From Mobula hypostoma (Eukaryota): a stretch of 64,000 nt of DNA. The notes under the pieces were generated by a model. That model worked only from the letters and a program-made list of their open reading frames with translations, made no database searches and had not been told where the DNA came from. The stretch covers positions 26,290,001 through 26,354,000 of the forward strand of contig NC_086118.1 of assembly GCF_963921235.1 (NCBI RefSeq). The letters are read 5' to 3'. A program made the translations under genes and the position numbers. Shown here piece after piece: positions 26,227 through 39,623 of this stretch. How positions within the stretch are numbered: the stretch's first letter is position 1; each line of letters begins with the position of its first letter.

Positions 26227-26272
26227 CGGCCGGCCGGCTGGCCGGCCGGCCGGCCGGGCGGGGGGGGGGGAA
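26227..26272. repeat. (GGCC)n microsatellite followed by a poly-G run
   Basis: CGGCCGGCCGGCTGGCCGGCCGGCCGGCCGGGCGGGGGGGGGGG read directly from the sequence. Confidence 0.9.
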
Positions 26273-26306
26273 GGACTACTGAAGTCCATTTATAGAAGAC
26301 ATTTGC

Positions 26307-26942
26307 AACACGCTGGAGGAACTCAGCAGGTCGGGCAGCATCCATGGAAATGATCAGGGAGCACTTCATCGAGCACTTCCGCTCTGTCCACCACAACAGA
26401 CAGGATCTCCCGGTTGCCACCCACTTCAACTCTGCTTCACATTCCCATTCTCATACATGGCCTCCTCTACTGCCATGATGAGGCTAAACTCAGGTGGGAG
26501 AAGCAACACCTCATATACTATTTGGGTAGTCTCCAGCCCCTTGGCATGAACATAGAATTCTCCAACTTCTGGTAATTCCCTCTCCCTCCCTTCCCTTATC
26601 CCAGTTTCACTCTGCCCCCTCCCCTGGCTGCCTATTACCTCCCTCATGGTTCTGCCTCCTTCTACTACCCATTGTGCTTTCCCCTACCCCTCCTTGCTTC
26701 CCCTCCCCCACCCCTTTATCTTTCCCCTTACTGGTTTTTCACCTGAAACCTTCTAGCCTTCTCCTTCCCACAATCCCCCCACCTTCTTTATAGGGCCTCT
26801 GCCCCTTCCCTCTACAATCCTGACAAAGGGTTCCGGCCTGAAACGTTGACTGATCATTTCCACGGATGCTGCCCGACCTGCTGAGTTCCTCCAGCGTGTT
26901 GTGAGTGTTGCTTTGACCCCAGCATCTGCAGAGTATTTTGTG
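26307..26942 (+). mobile_element. Penelope-like insertion (short inverted arm, GIY-YIG C-terminus, terminal repeat) with a perfect 18 bp TSD
   Basis: TTTATAGAAGACATTTGC at 26289-26306 and 26943-26960; EHFRSVHHNRQDLPVATHFNS; hammerhead core mutated (CTGACAA). Confidence 0.9.
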
Positions 26943-27713
26943 TTTATAGAAGACATTTGCCACTAGACTTGCCGAACACTTCAGCAGATCTGCATTAAGT
27001 GTCCCACTACAAGTATTGTCTTTCCTGAACAGGTGATTAACAGTCTCTCTTCTGACCACACAATGCTAAACATTTTAAATCTGTTCATCTGGTCAGAGCT
27101 GATATGCTACTGGAAAACTAGTTTTTGTTCCTGACCATTTTTGAAAATAGATACGTATTGCTAAATATTTTAATTTTTTTAATAAACTGGTTTCCCTCCA
27201 TTGCTATAGAAGTTTCATTTAGGAAACTCAATGCTTCAAAGTTCTGGCTCATTATCATCTGGTTAATTTCTTTTCATGAATATGAATACATGTCCTTGCA
27301 GCGAAGAACTCAAAAGAAAAGACCCCTTTTCAGAACCTGCAAGAGAACATAAAGATGGGAAAGACCTGAAATGAAAATGCGATGGGGAGGTGATGTTTGG
27401 CGAGAGAAGTGCTTGAACAGACTAACTGACCTTTTTCTGTGCTGTCACTTTCAATGATTCTGTCAGCTACCTAGAAAGGCCATAGACAATGAGGGCACTG
27501 CCTTTTTTCTGAAATTTCATGCAGTACCACGTATCCTCCTATTCTACAATTATCAACAGTTAAAAGTTACTGAGACATACTGATAAGCTACAGAATGCAT
27601 TATGAACTATGTGGTAAAAGTAAAATTCAACATTCTTTTGGCTTTAAATAAAAAAATGCACCTAATACCTGATGATTAAAGTTCAAAGTAAAAAGTATGA
27701 AGTAAATTTAGTA

Positions 27714-27899
27714 GCAACACACGCAAAATGCCAGAGGAACTCAGCAGGCAAGGCAAAATCTATGGAAAAAAGTACAGTCGGCTTCTGGTTCAGAACATCG
27801 ACTGTACTTTTCTCCGTAGATGCTGCCTGGCCTGCTGAATTCCTCCAACATTTTGTGTGTGTTGCTTGGGTTTCCAGAACCTGCAGATTTTCTCTTGTT
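27714..27899. mobile_element. 186 bp fold-back Penelope terminal-repeat insertion with TSD, inside a Rex1 tail
   Basis: Arms GCAACACACGCAAAATG...GTACAGTCG and CGACTGTAC...CATTTTGTGTGTGTTGC. Flanks TGAAGTAAATTTAGTA (27698-27713) and TGAAGTAACTTTATTA (27900-27915). Confidence 0.82.
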
Positions 27900-28620
27900 T
27901 GAAGTAACTTTATTATCAAAGTACATACATGTCACCATATACAATCCTGAAATTTATTTTCTTGCAGGCAAACTCAATAAATCCATAACAGAATAATAAC
28001 CATAATAGGATCAAAGAAAGATCGCACCAACTTGGGAGCTCAACCAGCGTGCAAATACAAAAATAAATAGGGAATAAATACAAAAGCAATAAGTAACAAG
28101 AACATGAGATGAAGAATCTCTGAAAGTGACTCCATAGGTTGTTGTAACATCTCAATGATGAGGCAAGTGAAGTTGAATTAAGTTATCCACTGATGGTTGA
28201 GGGGTAATACCTGTTCCTGAACCTGGTGGTGTGAGTACTGAGGCTCCTGTACCTTCTTCCTGATGATATCAGCAAGAAGAGAGCAAGCGCTGATGGTGGG
28301 GGTCCATAATGATGGATGTTGCTTTCCTGTGACAACGCTCCATGTAGATGTGCTCAGTGGTGGGGAGGGAGACATTGGAGCTGTGCTTAGTCACATGGTC
28401 ATAAGGGTAAAGTGAGTAGAGCAGGGGCTAAGTACACAGCCTTGGGGTCCATCTGTGCTGGTGAAAATTGTGGAGGAGATGTTGTTACCAATCCCAAATG
28501 CACTGGGGCCTGCATGTGAATCAATTGAGAATCTAATTGCACAAGGAAGTATTGAGGCCAAGATCTTGAAGCTTATTAATTAGTTTTGAGGCAATGATAG
28601 TACTGCATGCTAAACAGTTG
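27900..28620 (-). mobile_element. Rex1/Babar 3' fragment
   Basis: Reverse complement gives SGRRYRSLSTHTTRFRNRYYPST, ISTDGPQGCVLSPLLYSL and the Rex tail TTTATTATCAAAGTACAT. Confidence 0.8.
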
Positions 28621-28624
28621 TCAC

Positions 28625-31365
28625 AGTCATAGGAATGTACAGCATAGATAGCCCTTCAGCCCATCTAGTCCGGGCAGAACCATTTAAATTGCCTGCTTCT
28701 ATCAACCTGCACTGGGATCATAGCCCTTCCATCCACGTACCTATCCAAACATCTCTTAAACATTGAAATTGAGCTTGCATGCACCACTTTTGCTGGTAGA
28801 TTGTTCCACACTCTCACGACCCTCTGAATGACCCTCGTTTCCCCTCATGTTCCCCTTAAACTTTTCGCCGTCCACCCTTAACCCATGGCCTCTGGTTGTA
28901 GTCCCACCTAACCTCAGTGGAAAAAGCCTGCTTGCATTTACCCTATCTATACCATTCATAATTTTGTATAACTCTATCAAATCTCCTCCTTATCTTCTAC
29001 GTACCAAGGAATGAAGTCCTAATCGATTCAATCTTTACCTATAACTCAGGTGCTCTAGACCCAGAAACATCCTTGTAAATTTTCTCTGTCCTCTTTCAAC
29101 CTTATTTACATATTTCCTGTAGGTAGGTGACCAAAACTGTAGACCATACTCCAAATTAGGCCTCACTAATGTCATACACAACTTCAATATAACATCTCAT
29201 CTCCTGTACTGAATAGTTTGATTTATGAAGGTCAATGTGCCAAAAGCTTTCTTTACTGCCCTACCTACCTGTGATGCCACTTTCAACAAATTATGGACCT
29301 GTATTCCCAGTTCCTTTTGTTCTACCACATTTCTCAGTGCTTTAACGTTCACTGCATAAGACCTGTAGGACCAACCAGGATAGAAGTGCAACACCTCGCA
29401 CTTGTCTGCATTAAATTCCATCTGCCATTTTTCCAGATAGTACAGATCCCACTGCAAGCCATGATAGCCTTCTTCATTCTCTAAAACACCCCCAATCTTG
29501 TTGTCATGCTCAACTATATTATCACTCAGATCATTAATATAAATGACAAACAACAATGGACCCAGCACCAATCTCTATGATACTCCACTAGTCACAGGCC
29601 TCCAGTCACAGAGGCAACCAACCACTACCATTTTCTGGCTTCTCTCACAAAGCAGATATATAATCCAATTTACTACCTCATCTTTAATGCCAAGCAACTG
29701 AACCTCCTTGACTAACCACTATTGCAGGACCTTGTCAAGTGCTTTACCAAGTTCCACGTAGACAACATCCACTGCCTTGCCTTCATCAACTTTCCTTGTA
29801 ACTTCCTTGAAAAACTCTGTAAGATTGGTTAGACATGACCTACCATGCATGAAGCCAGGCAGCCTATCCTTAAGCAGTCCATGTCTATCCAAACACTTAT
29901 ATATCCGATCCCTTAGAATATCTTCCAATAATTTTCCCACTACTGATGTCAGACTCACTGGTCTATAACTTCGTGGTTTATTTTTTAGAGCCTTTCATGA
30001 GGAACAGAACAACGTTGGTTATCCTCCAATCCTCTGGTACCTCAGCTATCGCTAAGGGTGATTTAGACACCGCTCCTAGGCCCTGGCAATTTATGTACTT
30101 CCCTTCTGCAGAGTCCGAGGGAACACCTTGTCAGGTCCTGAGGCTTTATCCACCCTAATTTGCCTCAGGACAGCAACACCTCCTCCTCTGTTACCTGTAT
30201 AGGATCCATGAAGTTGATGCCACTTTGCCTCACTTCGATAGACTCTGTGTCCATCTCCTAAGTAAAAAATGTATTTAAGATCTCCCCCATCTCTTTTGGC
30301 TCCACAAATGGATTAACATTTTGATCTTCCAGAGGACCAATTTTGTCCATGCAATCCTTTTGCTCTTAACATGTCTATAGAATCACTTGGGATTCTCCTT
30401 CACCTGGTCTGCTAGAGCAACCCCATGTCTTCTTTTAGCCCTCCTGATTTCTTTCCTAAGTGTTGTCTTGCATTTGTCTCCGTAGCACCTCATTTTTTCC
30501 TACCTGCCTATACCTGCAATGCACCTCCTCTTTTTTCTTAATCGGGGCCTCAACATCTCTTGAAAACCAAGGTTCCCTATATCTGTTATCTTTATCATTT
30601 ATTCTGATAGCCACATAAAAGCTTTGTACTCTCAAAATTTCACTTTTGAATGCCTTCCACTTACCAAGTACAGTTCTGCCAGAAAACAGCTTGTCGCAAA
30701 CCACACCAGCCAGATCTTTTTTGATATCATCAAAATTGGCCTTTCTCCAATGTAGAATCTCAATCCGTGGACCGGACCTATCTTTCTGCATATTTATTTT
30801 TAAACTAATGGCATTGTGATCACTAGATGCAAAGTGTTCCCTACACAAACTTCTGCAATTGCCCTATCTCATTCCCTTACAGTAGATCAAGTATCACAGA
30901 CGCTCTCTTTGGGATTTCTACAGATTAATTAAGGAAACTTTCTTGAACACATTTGACAAATTCTATCCTATCTAGTCCTTTTAGAGTATGGAAATCCCAG
31001 TCAATACGTGGAAGGTTAAAATCACCTACTATAACAACCTTATGTTTCTTGCAACAATCTGTAATCTCTCTGCAAGTTTGTTCCTCGGAATCCCTCAGAC
31101 TGTTGGGTGGTCTGTAACAGCCCCATTAACATGGTCATACCTTTCTTATTTATCTATTCTACCCATAACACCTCACTAGATGAGTTCTCCAATCTGTCCT
31201 GAACTGGATTGAGCACTGCCCTGACATTTTCTCTGACTAATAACGCCACCCCTCCCCCTTTAATTCCTCCCACTCTGTTGCTTCTAAAACAACTGAACTC
31301 TGGAATATTGAGCTTCCAGTCCTGCCCCTCCTGCAACCAAGTCTCACCAATGGCTACATTAATCA
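28625..31365 (-). mobile_element. Decayed CR1 LINE (endonuclease and RT to 3' tail)
   Basis: VAIGETWL...GGGVALLVRE (endonuclease), EHFASSDHN, SLTSVVGKLLE...GRSCLTNL, VLGPLLFVIYINDL, IELYKIMNGIDRV. Confidence 0.92.
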
Positions 31366-32031
31366 CCGATGTAACATTAATCATACCATGCTCAACTTTT
31401 TGGTTCCTAGTTCTGCCTGAGGTCTTAACAATATCTGACTCCACAATCTGTCCACTAACTGTTCGAGCACTCTGGTTCCCATAGTCTTTTTGCTGATACA
31501 GAGCATCCTGATGTATGCGTCTTTGCTGTTCAGATGTTACAGGGTTGAATGAAGAGCTAGTGAGATGGCATCTCCTGTGCACTAATAGGTAGACACTTCT
31601 TTTCAACACAGTGTTTCTGGTTACACGTGTCATCATTTAGAATGTTCCACATTCAAGAATTTTACATCTAGGATAGCTTACAAACTTAAGGATGGTGAAA
31701 ACACGAATTTTAAAACAGCTTACCAGAGTAGGACAAAATCAAACTCAAAATATATGAAAAGAAATGTTCAGATTTGTGAAATATTCAAAGCATCAATAAA
31801 ATGACATAAAATATACCAAGGACACTAATAATAGTTTGCATCATGCCTTGCATTAGGTTTGATATTGCTAAGTGCACGTTATGCATTTGATGGAACACAC
31901 AAGTCACAAGAGTGAAGAACTGCCTTTGACAGGATCATGGACATAGTATGGAAGGGCTATTCAATAGAACGACAACAGCAGCTATGATAATGATATCTAA
32001 CCAACATCACGAACAATTCTCCAGACAGTTA

Positions 32032-32328
32032 TAGGCATCCGTTAGTTTCATGAGACCATGAATTTGCGCCTTGGAAGGTTTCCAGGGCGCAGGCCTGGGT
32101 CAGGTTGTATGGAAGACCAGCAGTTGCCCATGCTGCAAGTCTCCCCTCTCCACGTAACTGATGTTGTCCAAGGGAAGGGCATTAGGAAGAGCTTGGCACT
32201 GGTGTTGTCGCAGAGCAATGTGTGGTTAAGTGCCTTGCTCAAGGACACACGCGCTGCCTCAGCCAAGGTTTGAACTAGCGACCTTCAAATCACTAGAAGA
32301 ACGCCTTAACCACTTGGCCACGCACCAA
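32032..32328 (-). mobile_element. tRNA-derived SINE with a perfect 13 bp TSD
   Basis: Minus strand A box TGGCCAAGTGG, B box GTTCAAACC, then GTGTCCTTGAGCAAGGCACTTAACC. CTCCAGACAGTTA at 32019-32031 and 32329-32341. Confidence 0.88.
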
Positions 32329-32565
32329 CTCCAGACAGTTAAAAGATAAAATAAACAGCCAATTACTGCCCAAACTGCCTGTTTCCAATTTTTAACAAAG
32401 TGACAAAACAGTTATCACCAAGGAAATTAAACAGAACACAGTCACCATTATCAGTTCTCATCAATGCACATTTCAAGTTTCTCCTGTAATCCTGACACCA
32501 AACCTATCAGAACAGTACTGTGGTTAAGTTATAAGAATCAAATGCGTCCTGGAGATCAACATATA

Positions 32566-34168
32566 CAGTGGCATGCAGAAGTCTGGGCACCCCTGGTCAA
32601 TATTTCTGTTACTGTGAATAGCTAAGCGAGTAAAAGATGACCCGATTTCCAAAAGGCATGAAGTTAACGATGACACATTTCTTTAATATTTTAAGCAAGA
32701 TTACATTTTTATTTCCATCCTTTACAGTTTCAAAATAACAGAAAACGAGAAGGGCCCAAAGCAAAAGCTTGGGCACCCTGCATGGTCAGTACTTAGTTAC
32801 ATCCCCTTTGGCAAGTATCACAGCTTGTAAACGCTTTCTGTAGCCAGCTAAGAGTCTTTCAATTCTTGTTTGGGGGATTTTCACCCATTCTTCCTTGCAA
32901 AAGGCTTCTAGTTCTGTGAGATTCTTGGGCTGTCTTGCATGCACTGCTCTTTTGAGGTCTATCCACAGATTTTCGATGATGTTTAGGTTGGGGGATTGTG
33001 AGGGCCATGGCAAAACCTCCAGCTTGCGCCTCTTGAGGTAGTCCATTGTGGATTTTCAGCATCATGTTGTAGAAGCCATCCTCTTTTCATCTTCAGCTTT
33101 TTTACAGACGGTGTGATATTTGCTTCCAGAATTTGCTGATATTTAATTAAATTCATTCTTCCCTCTACCAGTGAAATGTTCCCCGTGCCACTGGCTGCAA
33201 TACAAGCCCAAAGCATGATCGATCCACCCCTGTGCTTAACAGCTGGAGAGGTGTTCTTTTCATGAAATTCTGCACCCTTTTTTCTCCAAACATACCTTTG
33301 CTCATTGCGGCAGTTCTATTTTAACTTCATCAGTCCACAGGACTTGTTTCCAAAATGCATCGGGCTTGTTTAGATGTTCCTTTGCAAACTTCTGATGCTG
33401 AATTTTGTGGTGAGGACGCAGGAAAGGTTTTCTTCTGATGACTCTTCCATGAAGGTCATATTTGTGCAGGTGTCGCTGCACAGTAGAACAATGCACCACC
33501 ACTCCAGAGTCTCCTAATCTTCTTGAAGGTCTTTTGCAGTCAAACGGGGGTGTTGATTTGCCTTTCTAGCAATCCTATGAGCAGTTCCCTCGGAAAGTTT
33601 TCTTGGTCTTCCAGACCTCAACTTGACCTCCACCGTTCCTGTTAACTGCCATTTCTTAATTACATTACGAACTGAGGAAACAGCTACCTGAAAATGCTTT
33701 GTTAATTTCTTATAGCCTTCTCCTGCTTTGTGGGCATCATTTATTTTAATTTTCAGAGTGCTAGACGGCTGCTTAGAGGAGCCCATGGGACAAGGTTGTT
33801 GGGACAAGGTTTGAGGAGTCAGGGTATTTATAAAGCTCTGAAATTTGCATCACCTGGCCTTTCCTAACGATGACCGTGAACAAGCCATAGCCCTAACAAG
33901 CTAATTAAGGTCTGAGACCTTGGTAGAAGTTATCTGAGAGCTCCAATCTCTTGGGGTGCCCAAACTTTTGCATGGTGCTCCTTTTCTGTTTTTCACTCTA
34001 AAACTCTACAAAACAAAAATAATACACTAATCTTGCTTAAAATGTTGAAAAGAATGTTTCATCTTTAACTTTATGACTTTTGGAGATCATTTCATCTTCT
34101 ACTCACTTAACTATTCACAGTAACAGAAATTTTGACCAGGGGTGCCCAAACATTTTTGCATGGCACTG
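32566..34168 (-). mobile_element. Tc1-family transposon (third family), IR/DR type; nearly complete but frameshifted transposase
   Basis: TA|CAGTGGCATGCAGAAGTCTGGGCACCCC...GGGGTGCCCAAACATTTTTGCATGGCACTG|TA; inner direct repeats at ~32763 and ~33953. ORFs give GEGYKKL...RSGRPRKLS, VLWTDEVKIE, WLLQHD and WPSQSPNLNIIENLW. Confidence 0.96.
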
Positions 34169-35519
34169 TATACAAATGCACGAGGAGCAGGAGTCAGCCA
34201 CTCTGACCTCAAGTCTACTCCGACATTTAATAAGATCTAGCTGCTCTGAGTGTAAACTCACCTTCACATTGTTGTTTACCCTGATAACACTTTACCCACT
34301 TGCTCATCAAGCTGTGCAGCAGGAAGAGCAATCAACAATAAGCAAATAGTGACAGAGTACAGGCCTTAAGTCTTCAATCTACATCATTTTTATTCATAAT
34401 TCATCTACACATTCCCTGGACGTGCATTATTGAAATGCTGCATGCGTTGAGCACACAAAAGTATATTCAAGTGTGAGTTTGTGTGGTATCACACTCATGC
34501 TATTTAATATAATAAAATCCCCGAAATCAGCTTTGTAACCCAAATCCTTTCCCCAGTCCCTTGGGAAAAAACAATGTATAGACCCATTGCTGCAGGTCAT
34601 TGTCCATTTTATAATCCACTGTGCCTCATGAGTAAGTGTGAAACAGTATATTACAGATCCACGGTGGTTATCAGCGTGGCCATCTATTCCTACTGATAGC
34701 AGTTTATTTCCCCACCATTGGGATGAGAGCTGCTGTCAATTAATATCTGAGTAGAGAAAACTGACCTGAAATAATTAAAGACATTGTAATAAAAATGTTG
34801 TAATGTAACTTCAAGAGCTCCAGATAACATTATTTCACTAGCTTTCCCCTTCAGTATTATCAACTCACTTTATATATCAGCAATATAGTTAATGGAGGAA
34901 GTAAACTGTCCCAAAAGACATTGTATGGTATTCCAAGAAACTTCACTTATATTAAGTGTTTTTTGTTTACTTATGGTCACATACAACTACAATTTTAAAA
35001 AGCTATGTTTATACTGAGTCCTTTGAAGCATTATTGGCAATTTACTTTATTCAATAATAAAGCCTACGATTCATAGGTCTCCACGGAACTGATTTCACAA
35101 AAACATTTTCCTTGTTCAAGGCTACAGAGGCACCTGCCTTATGTAAACTGTCATTCTCCATTCTTCCAACAATGTCTGATGGAATCATTAAACAAGCCAA
35201 GCAGGGAGTAAATGGCACTCAATCCACCTTTCATCTGTTCGGTAATATCTCAGTCACAGCTGGAAATATCTATCCATTAAGTATAAGTAATGTATGGCAT
35301 TTGTGCAGACATCACATAGTTGGCTTGATCTATACAACTGGCTGTTCCTAATCTTTCAACTATTCAATATAGTTATTGGCTGAGCATTAGGAACAGGAAA
35401 TTCTAAAGGTCTATCTATCTATTTTAAAGTCTACTGCTAAGCTATGAACTTTAGACACATAGTGGAAGAATTGACAGCTGGCATTAATGTGCAATAAATA
35501 AGGGAGTGGAGGAATAAAT

Positions 35520-37835
35520 CTCTACCCAATTACCATCAGCATATAACCTGTACCACCAGAGGTCCCAACACACTAGACCACTGCTATACTACAAAAAGGA
35601 AGGCCTACAGTTCCATGTCCAGATGGCTGTCCTTCACAGGCTGAGGCTAAAGAGCAAGGCGCCAGAGATAAGAACAAAGAGGTGGTTGTGGGAGGCAAAC
35701 AAGTGGCTATGGGATTGTTTGGAGTTGGCGGACTGGAACGTGCTGAAGGACTCATCAGTGAATGAGTACACCACAATTGTCACGAACAGTCATATATGGG
35801 TGTGTCCCCACAAAATTATTCAGATTCTCCCCAAACCAGAAGCTCTGGATGAGCCATAAGATCTTCAGTCTACTGAGGGTCAGATCAGAGGCATTCAGGT
35901 CTGGTGATCAAGTAAGATATAAGTAGTTCAGGTACGATCTCCAGAAAGTTACCTCACTGGCAAAGTAGTAATTCTGGACTAAAGTTGAAGCAATGAAGGA
36001 TGCCTGACAGCTGTAGCGGGGCTTGAATGTTATGACTTCTTAGAAAGTGAAATCAAGTTACATAGATGACAACAGGGTTTCACTCCCTGATGAGTTCAAT
36101 GCCTTCTATGCTCACTTTGATTGCAAAAACATGGAGGAACCTTCAGAAACTCCCACAGCCCTCAAGGACCCTGTAATTTCAGTCTCTGGTGACACGACAG
36201 TATCCTTCAGGAGGGTGAATGCCTGGAAAGCACCCAACCCAGATGTGGTACCAGGCCAAGTACTAAAGCCCTGTGTTGATCAACTAGCCGGAGGGTTCAC
36301 TGATATCCTTAACCTCTCAATTCAGCAGTCTGAAGTACCCAACTGCTTCAAGAAGGCTTCAGTTATACCAGTACCTCAGAAGAATGTGGTAACTTGCTTC
36401 AGTGACTATTGTAGCTCTTACATCCACAGTGATGAAGTGTTCGAGAGGTTGGTATAAAACACATCAACTCCTGCCGGAGAAGTGACTAGGATCTGCTCCA
36501 ATTAGCCTACTGGCACAACAGGTCCACAGCAGATGCCATATCACTGGCTTTTCACTCAACCTGGAGCATTTGGGCAGCAAAGATGCTTTTTGTTGCCTAC
36601 AGCTCAGCATTCAATATTATCATCCCGTCAAAACTAATGAATAAGCTTCAAGAGCTTGGTCTCAATACTCCTTGTGCAATTGGATCCTCACTTACAGACA
36701 GACCCACTCAGTTCAGATTGGCCAAAAACATCTCCAACAGCACAGGTACACCACTAGGTTGTGTGCTTAGGTCTCTGTTCTACTCGCTTTACACTTACGA
36801 CTGCATGCTAAGCACAGCACCAATGCCATATTTAAGTTTGCTGATGACACCACTTTTGTTGGCTGAATAACATGTGGTGACGAATCAACATATAGACAAA
36901 ATCTGGCTGAGTGGCATCACAACAACAACCTTTCTCTTAATGTCAGTAAGACCAAGGAGCAGATTAGTGACTTCAGGAGGAAGAAACCAGAGGTCCATGA
37001 TGCAGTCCACATCGGGGGATTGAAGGTGGAGGGAGTCAGTAATTTTAAATTCATTTCAGAGGACCAGTCCTGGACGCAGCACTTCAGTACAATTACAAAG
37101 AAAAGCACAGCGTCGTCTCTACTTCTTTAGAAGTTTGTAAAATATTTGGTCTGACATATAAAACTTTGACAAACTTCTATAAATTTGTAGTGGAGAGTAT
37201 ATTGACTGGTTGCATCACAGCCCGTATGGAGGCACCAATGCCCTTGAACAGAAAATACAACAAAAAGCAGTGTATACAGCTCAGTCAATCATGGGTAAAG
37301 TGTTCCCCAACATTCAGCACATCTATATGGAGAGCTGTTGCAGGAATGCGGCATCTATCGTCTGTGACCCCCACCACCCGGGTCATGCTCTCTTCTCCCT
37401 GCTGCCTTCAGGAAGAAGGTACAGGAGCTTCAGGACTCTCACCACCAGGCTTAGGACCAATTATTACTCTTCCACAGAATGGCAAACATCTCCTCCACAA
37501 TCTCTATCAGCACGGGACGAGTAGGGATAGCTTCACTCAAGCTCACTTGTGCCATCACAGAACTGTACCCACAATCTATGGACTCACTTTCGGGGGGGGG
37601 GGGGTTCTTCACATGTACTAAGTATTATTTATTTTGTTTATTAGTTTTTCCTTGTATTTGCACAGTTTCTTGTCTTTTGCACATTGGCTGTTTGTCTGCC
37701 CTGTTCGGTGCAGTCTTTCATTGATTCTATTATAGCCCTTGGATTTAGTGAGTATCCCTGTGAGAAAATGAAAGTCAGGGTTTGTATATGGTGACATATA
37801 AGCACTTTGATAATAAATTTACTTTATACTTTGAA
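35520..37835 (+). mobile_element. 5'-truncated decayed Rex1/Babar LINE with 3' tail
   Basis: TRGPNTLDHCY, LPDEFNAFYAHFD, PNCFKKASVIPVP, YSSAFNIIIPSKL, FYKFVVESILTGCIT, HPGHALFSLLPSGRRYRS. Same family as 1372-6168. Confidence 0.92.
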
Positions 37836-39307
37836 GTAACACATGGGGAGAGACATGGATCTACCTATTGCTTGCAAGCATTAGCCCCACCCCTTTCCTT
37901 CACCGTTTTGCACTAGGTACCTCCCCTCTATCTTTCATTCGGTATGCGGAGTCTCAACCCCAAAATGTTGAATGTACATTCCGCTCCACAGATGCTGCCT
38001 GACTTGTGAAGCTCCTCTAGTATCCTGCTCGACGTTTCATATTTCACCATATACAGTCTTTTACGTCTCCTCAATGTGCCAATGGTGGAAAAGGAAAATG
38101 GCCCCGCTTGCTTGCCAGAGAGTAAGCAATGAATGAGAGATACAGTATTCCAGACAAATTACAATTGCTTTCTAGTTGATTTGCTGGTGTACTCAGGATA
38201 TGACCCCATGAGAAACTCACCATCCTCAGGCACAGAGGAAGAATACTGAGAACAAAAACTAATACCAATTATCATAATGGTATCATAATTTATTAATCCT
38301 GCCTATATTACGTCCTTCTGAAGGTCTTTCTTTTCCTAAAATTTTCAAGCTATGGTTCCCTTTCTCTTATATTTCTTCTGCATCTTCAAAAGACCAAACC
38401 TAGCAGTAAATAAATAGGCTGACTACAATTCTTTCCAGTCTTTATAAATTCACTACTATGGACCAAGAGCCTGACCTCCAATATATTAAAAATATGAATC
38501 TGAAGGATGACTAGAACTTTGGCATCTTTATAACAGGTACAGTGTTTCCTGCAAAGCTTTCGTTCATTTAAACAACAGATCCAGAACAATTTAGATATAC
38601 ATTCTCACTCTTTTTCTTTAGTCTTTATTCTGATTCACATCCAACATGCTGCAGCAAAAATCAGTTCAAAATAATTAAAATCTGCCCAAAAGCACTACAA
38701 GAATTGTTAAATAATTTTAAGTGCTTGAACTTAGAATGGCAGCCATATACATCACTTGAGGATCAAATCTCAATTACCAGTTTAAGAGCCAAGGATTTGT
38801 ACAATATAAAAGCCAACAGTAGTGCTGAGTCCACAGTGATATAACAAGGTATTTCTTTTATAGTTCAGTACTTACCTTGGATTTGATGGTTCAGCTCACC
38901 CAACCAGAAATCTGGATTTTATTTAACATAGCTAACAGAGAAAATCTGTTGTCATAAAGCAGAGGTTTCTCAAAATAGAAACAAAGCTTTAATTTCATTA
39001 ACCTTTCGCCCTCTCCCGTGGTTCTACAGATGGGTAACAGAGACAATACTGGTAAATCGGTAAATTATTTCATTGTCAAATGCATGGAGGTACAGTGAAA
39101 AACTTTTTTTGCATACCATCCATATATGTAAATCGTTTCATTACAGCAATGCATTAAAGTAGTACAAGGCAAGACAACAGAATGCAGAATAAATTCTTCA
39201 ATTAAACACCCACTTCATGATGTTTCTTATTGAAAATAATATCTTATAAAATCATGACTGTAAAATATTTGGAAATTCATTGAAAAAGAACAAAAAGTTG
39301 AATATGA

Positions 39308-39600
39308 GCACCACAATAGCATAGCACAATGCCATAACAGCTCAGGGCATCAGAGTTTAGAGCTCAATCCCAGGGTCCCCTGTAAGGAGTCTCTGTACGT
39401 TCTCCCTGTTGAATGCATGGGTTTGCCCCAGGTGCTCTGGTTTTTTCCCACAGTCCAATGATGTACCGGGTAGGTTAATCAGTCATTGTAAATTGTCACA
39501 TGATTAGGCTAGAGTTCAATCGTTGTTGTTAGGGGTTGTTGGAGTGGGTCAAAAGGCTGGAAGGGCCTATTCTGTGCTGTATCTTATGATAAAATAAATT
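39308..39600 (+). mobile_element. V-SINE (HE1-like)
   Basis: GGAGTCTCTGTACGTTCTCCC...GCATGGGTTTGCCCCAGGTGCTCTGGTTTTTTCCCACAGTCCAA (V-domain) and a GAAGGGCCTATTCTGTGCTGTATC CR1-like tail. Confidence 0.8.
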
Positions 39601-39623
39601 GAAATGCAGGACCCATTTCCAGT

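Noticed and set aside
32250..32328. tRNA gene
   Set aside because: The A/B boxes belong to a SINE head with a TSD and a second copy; there is no complete cloverleaf.
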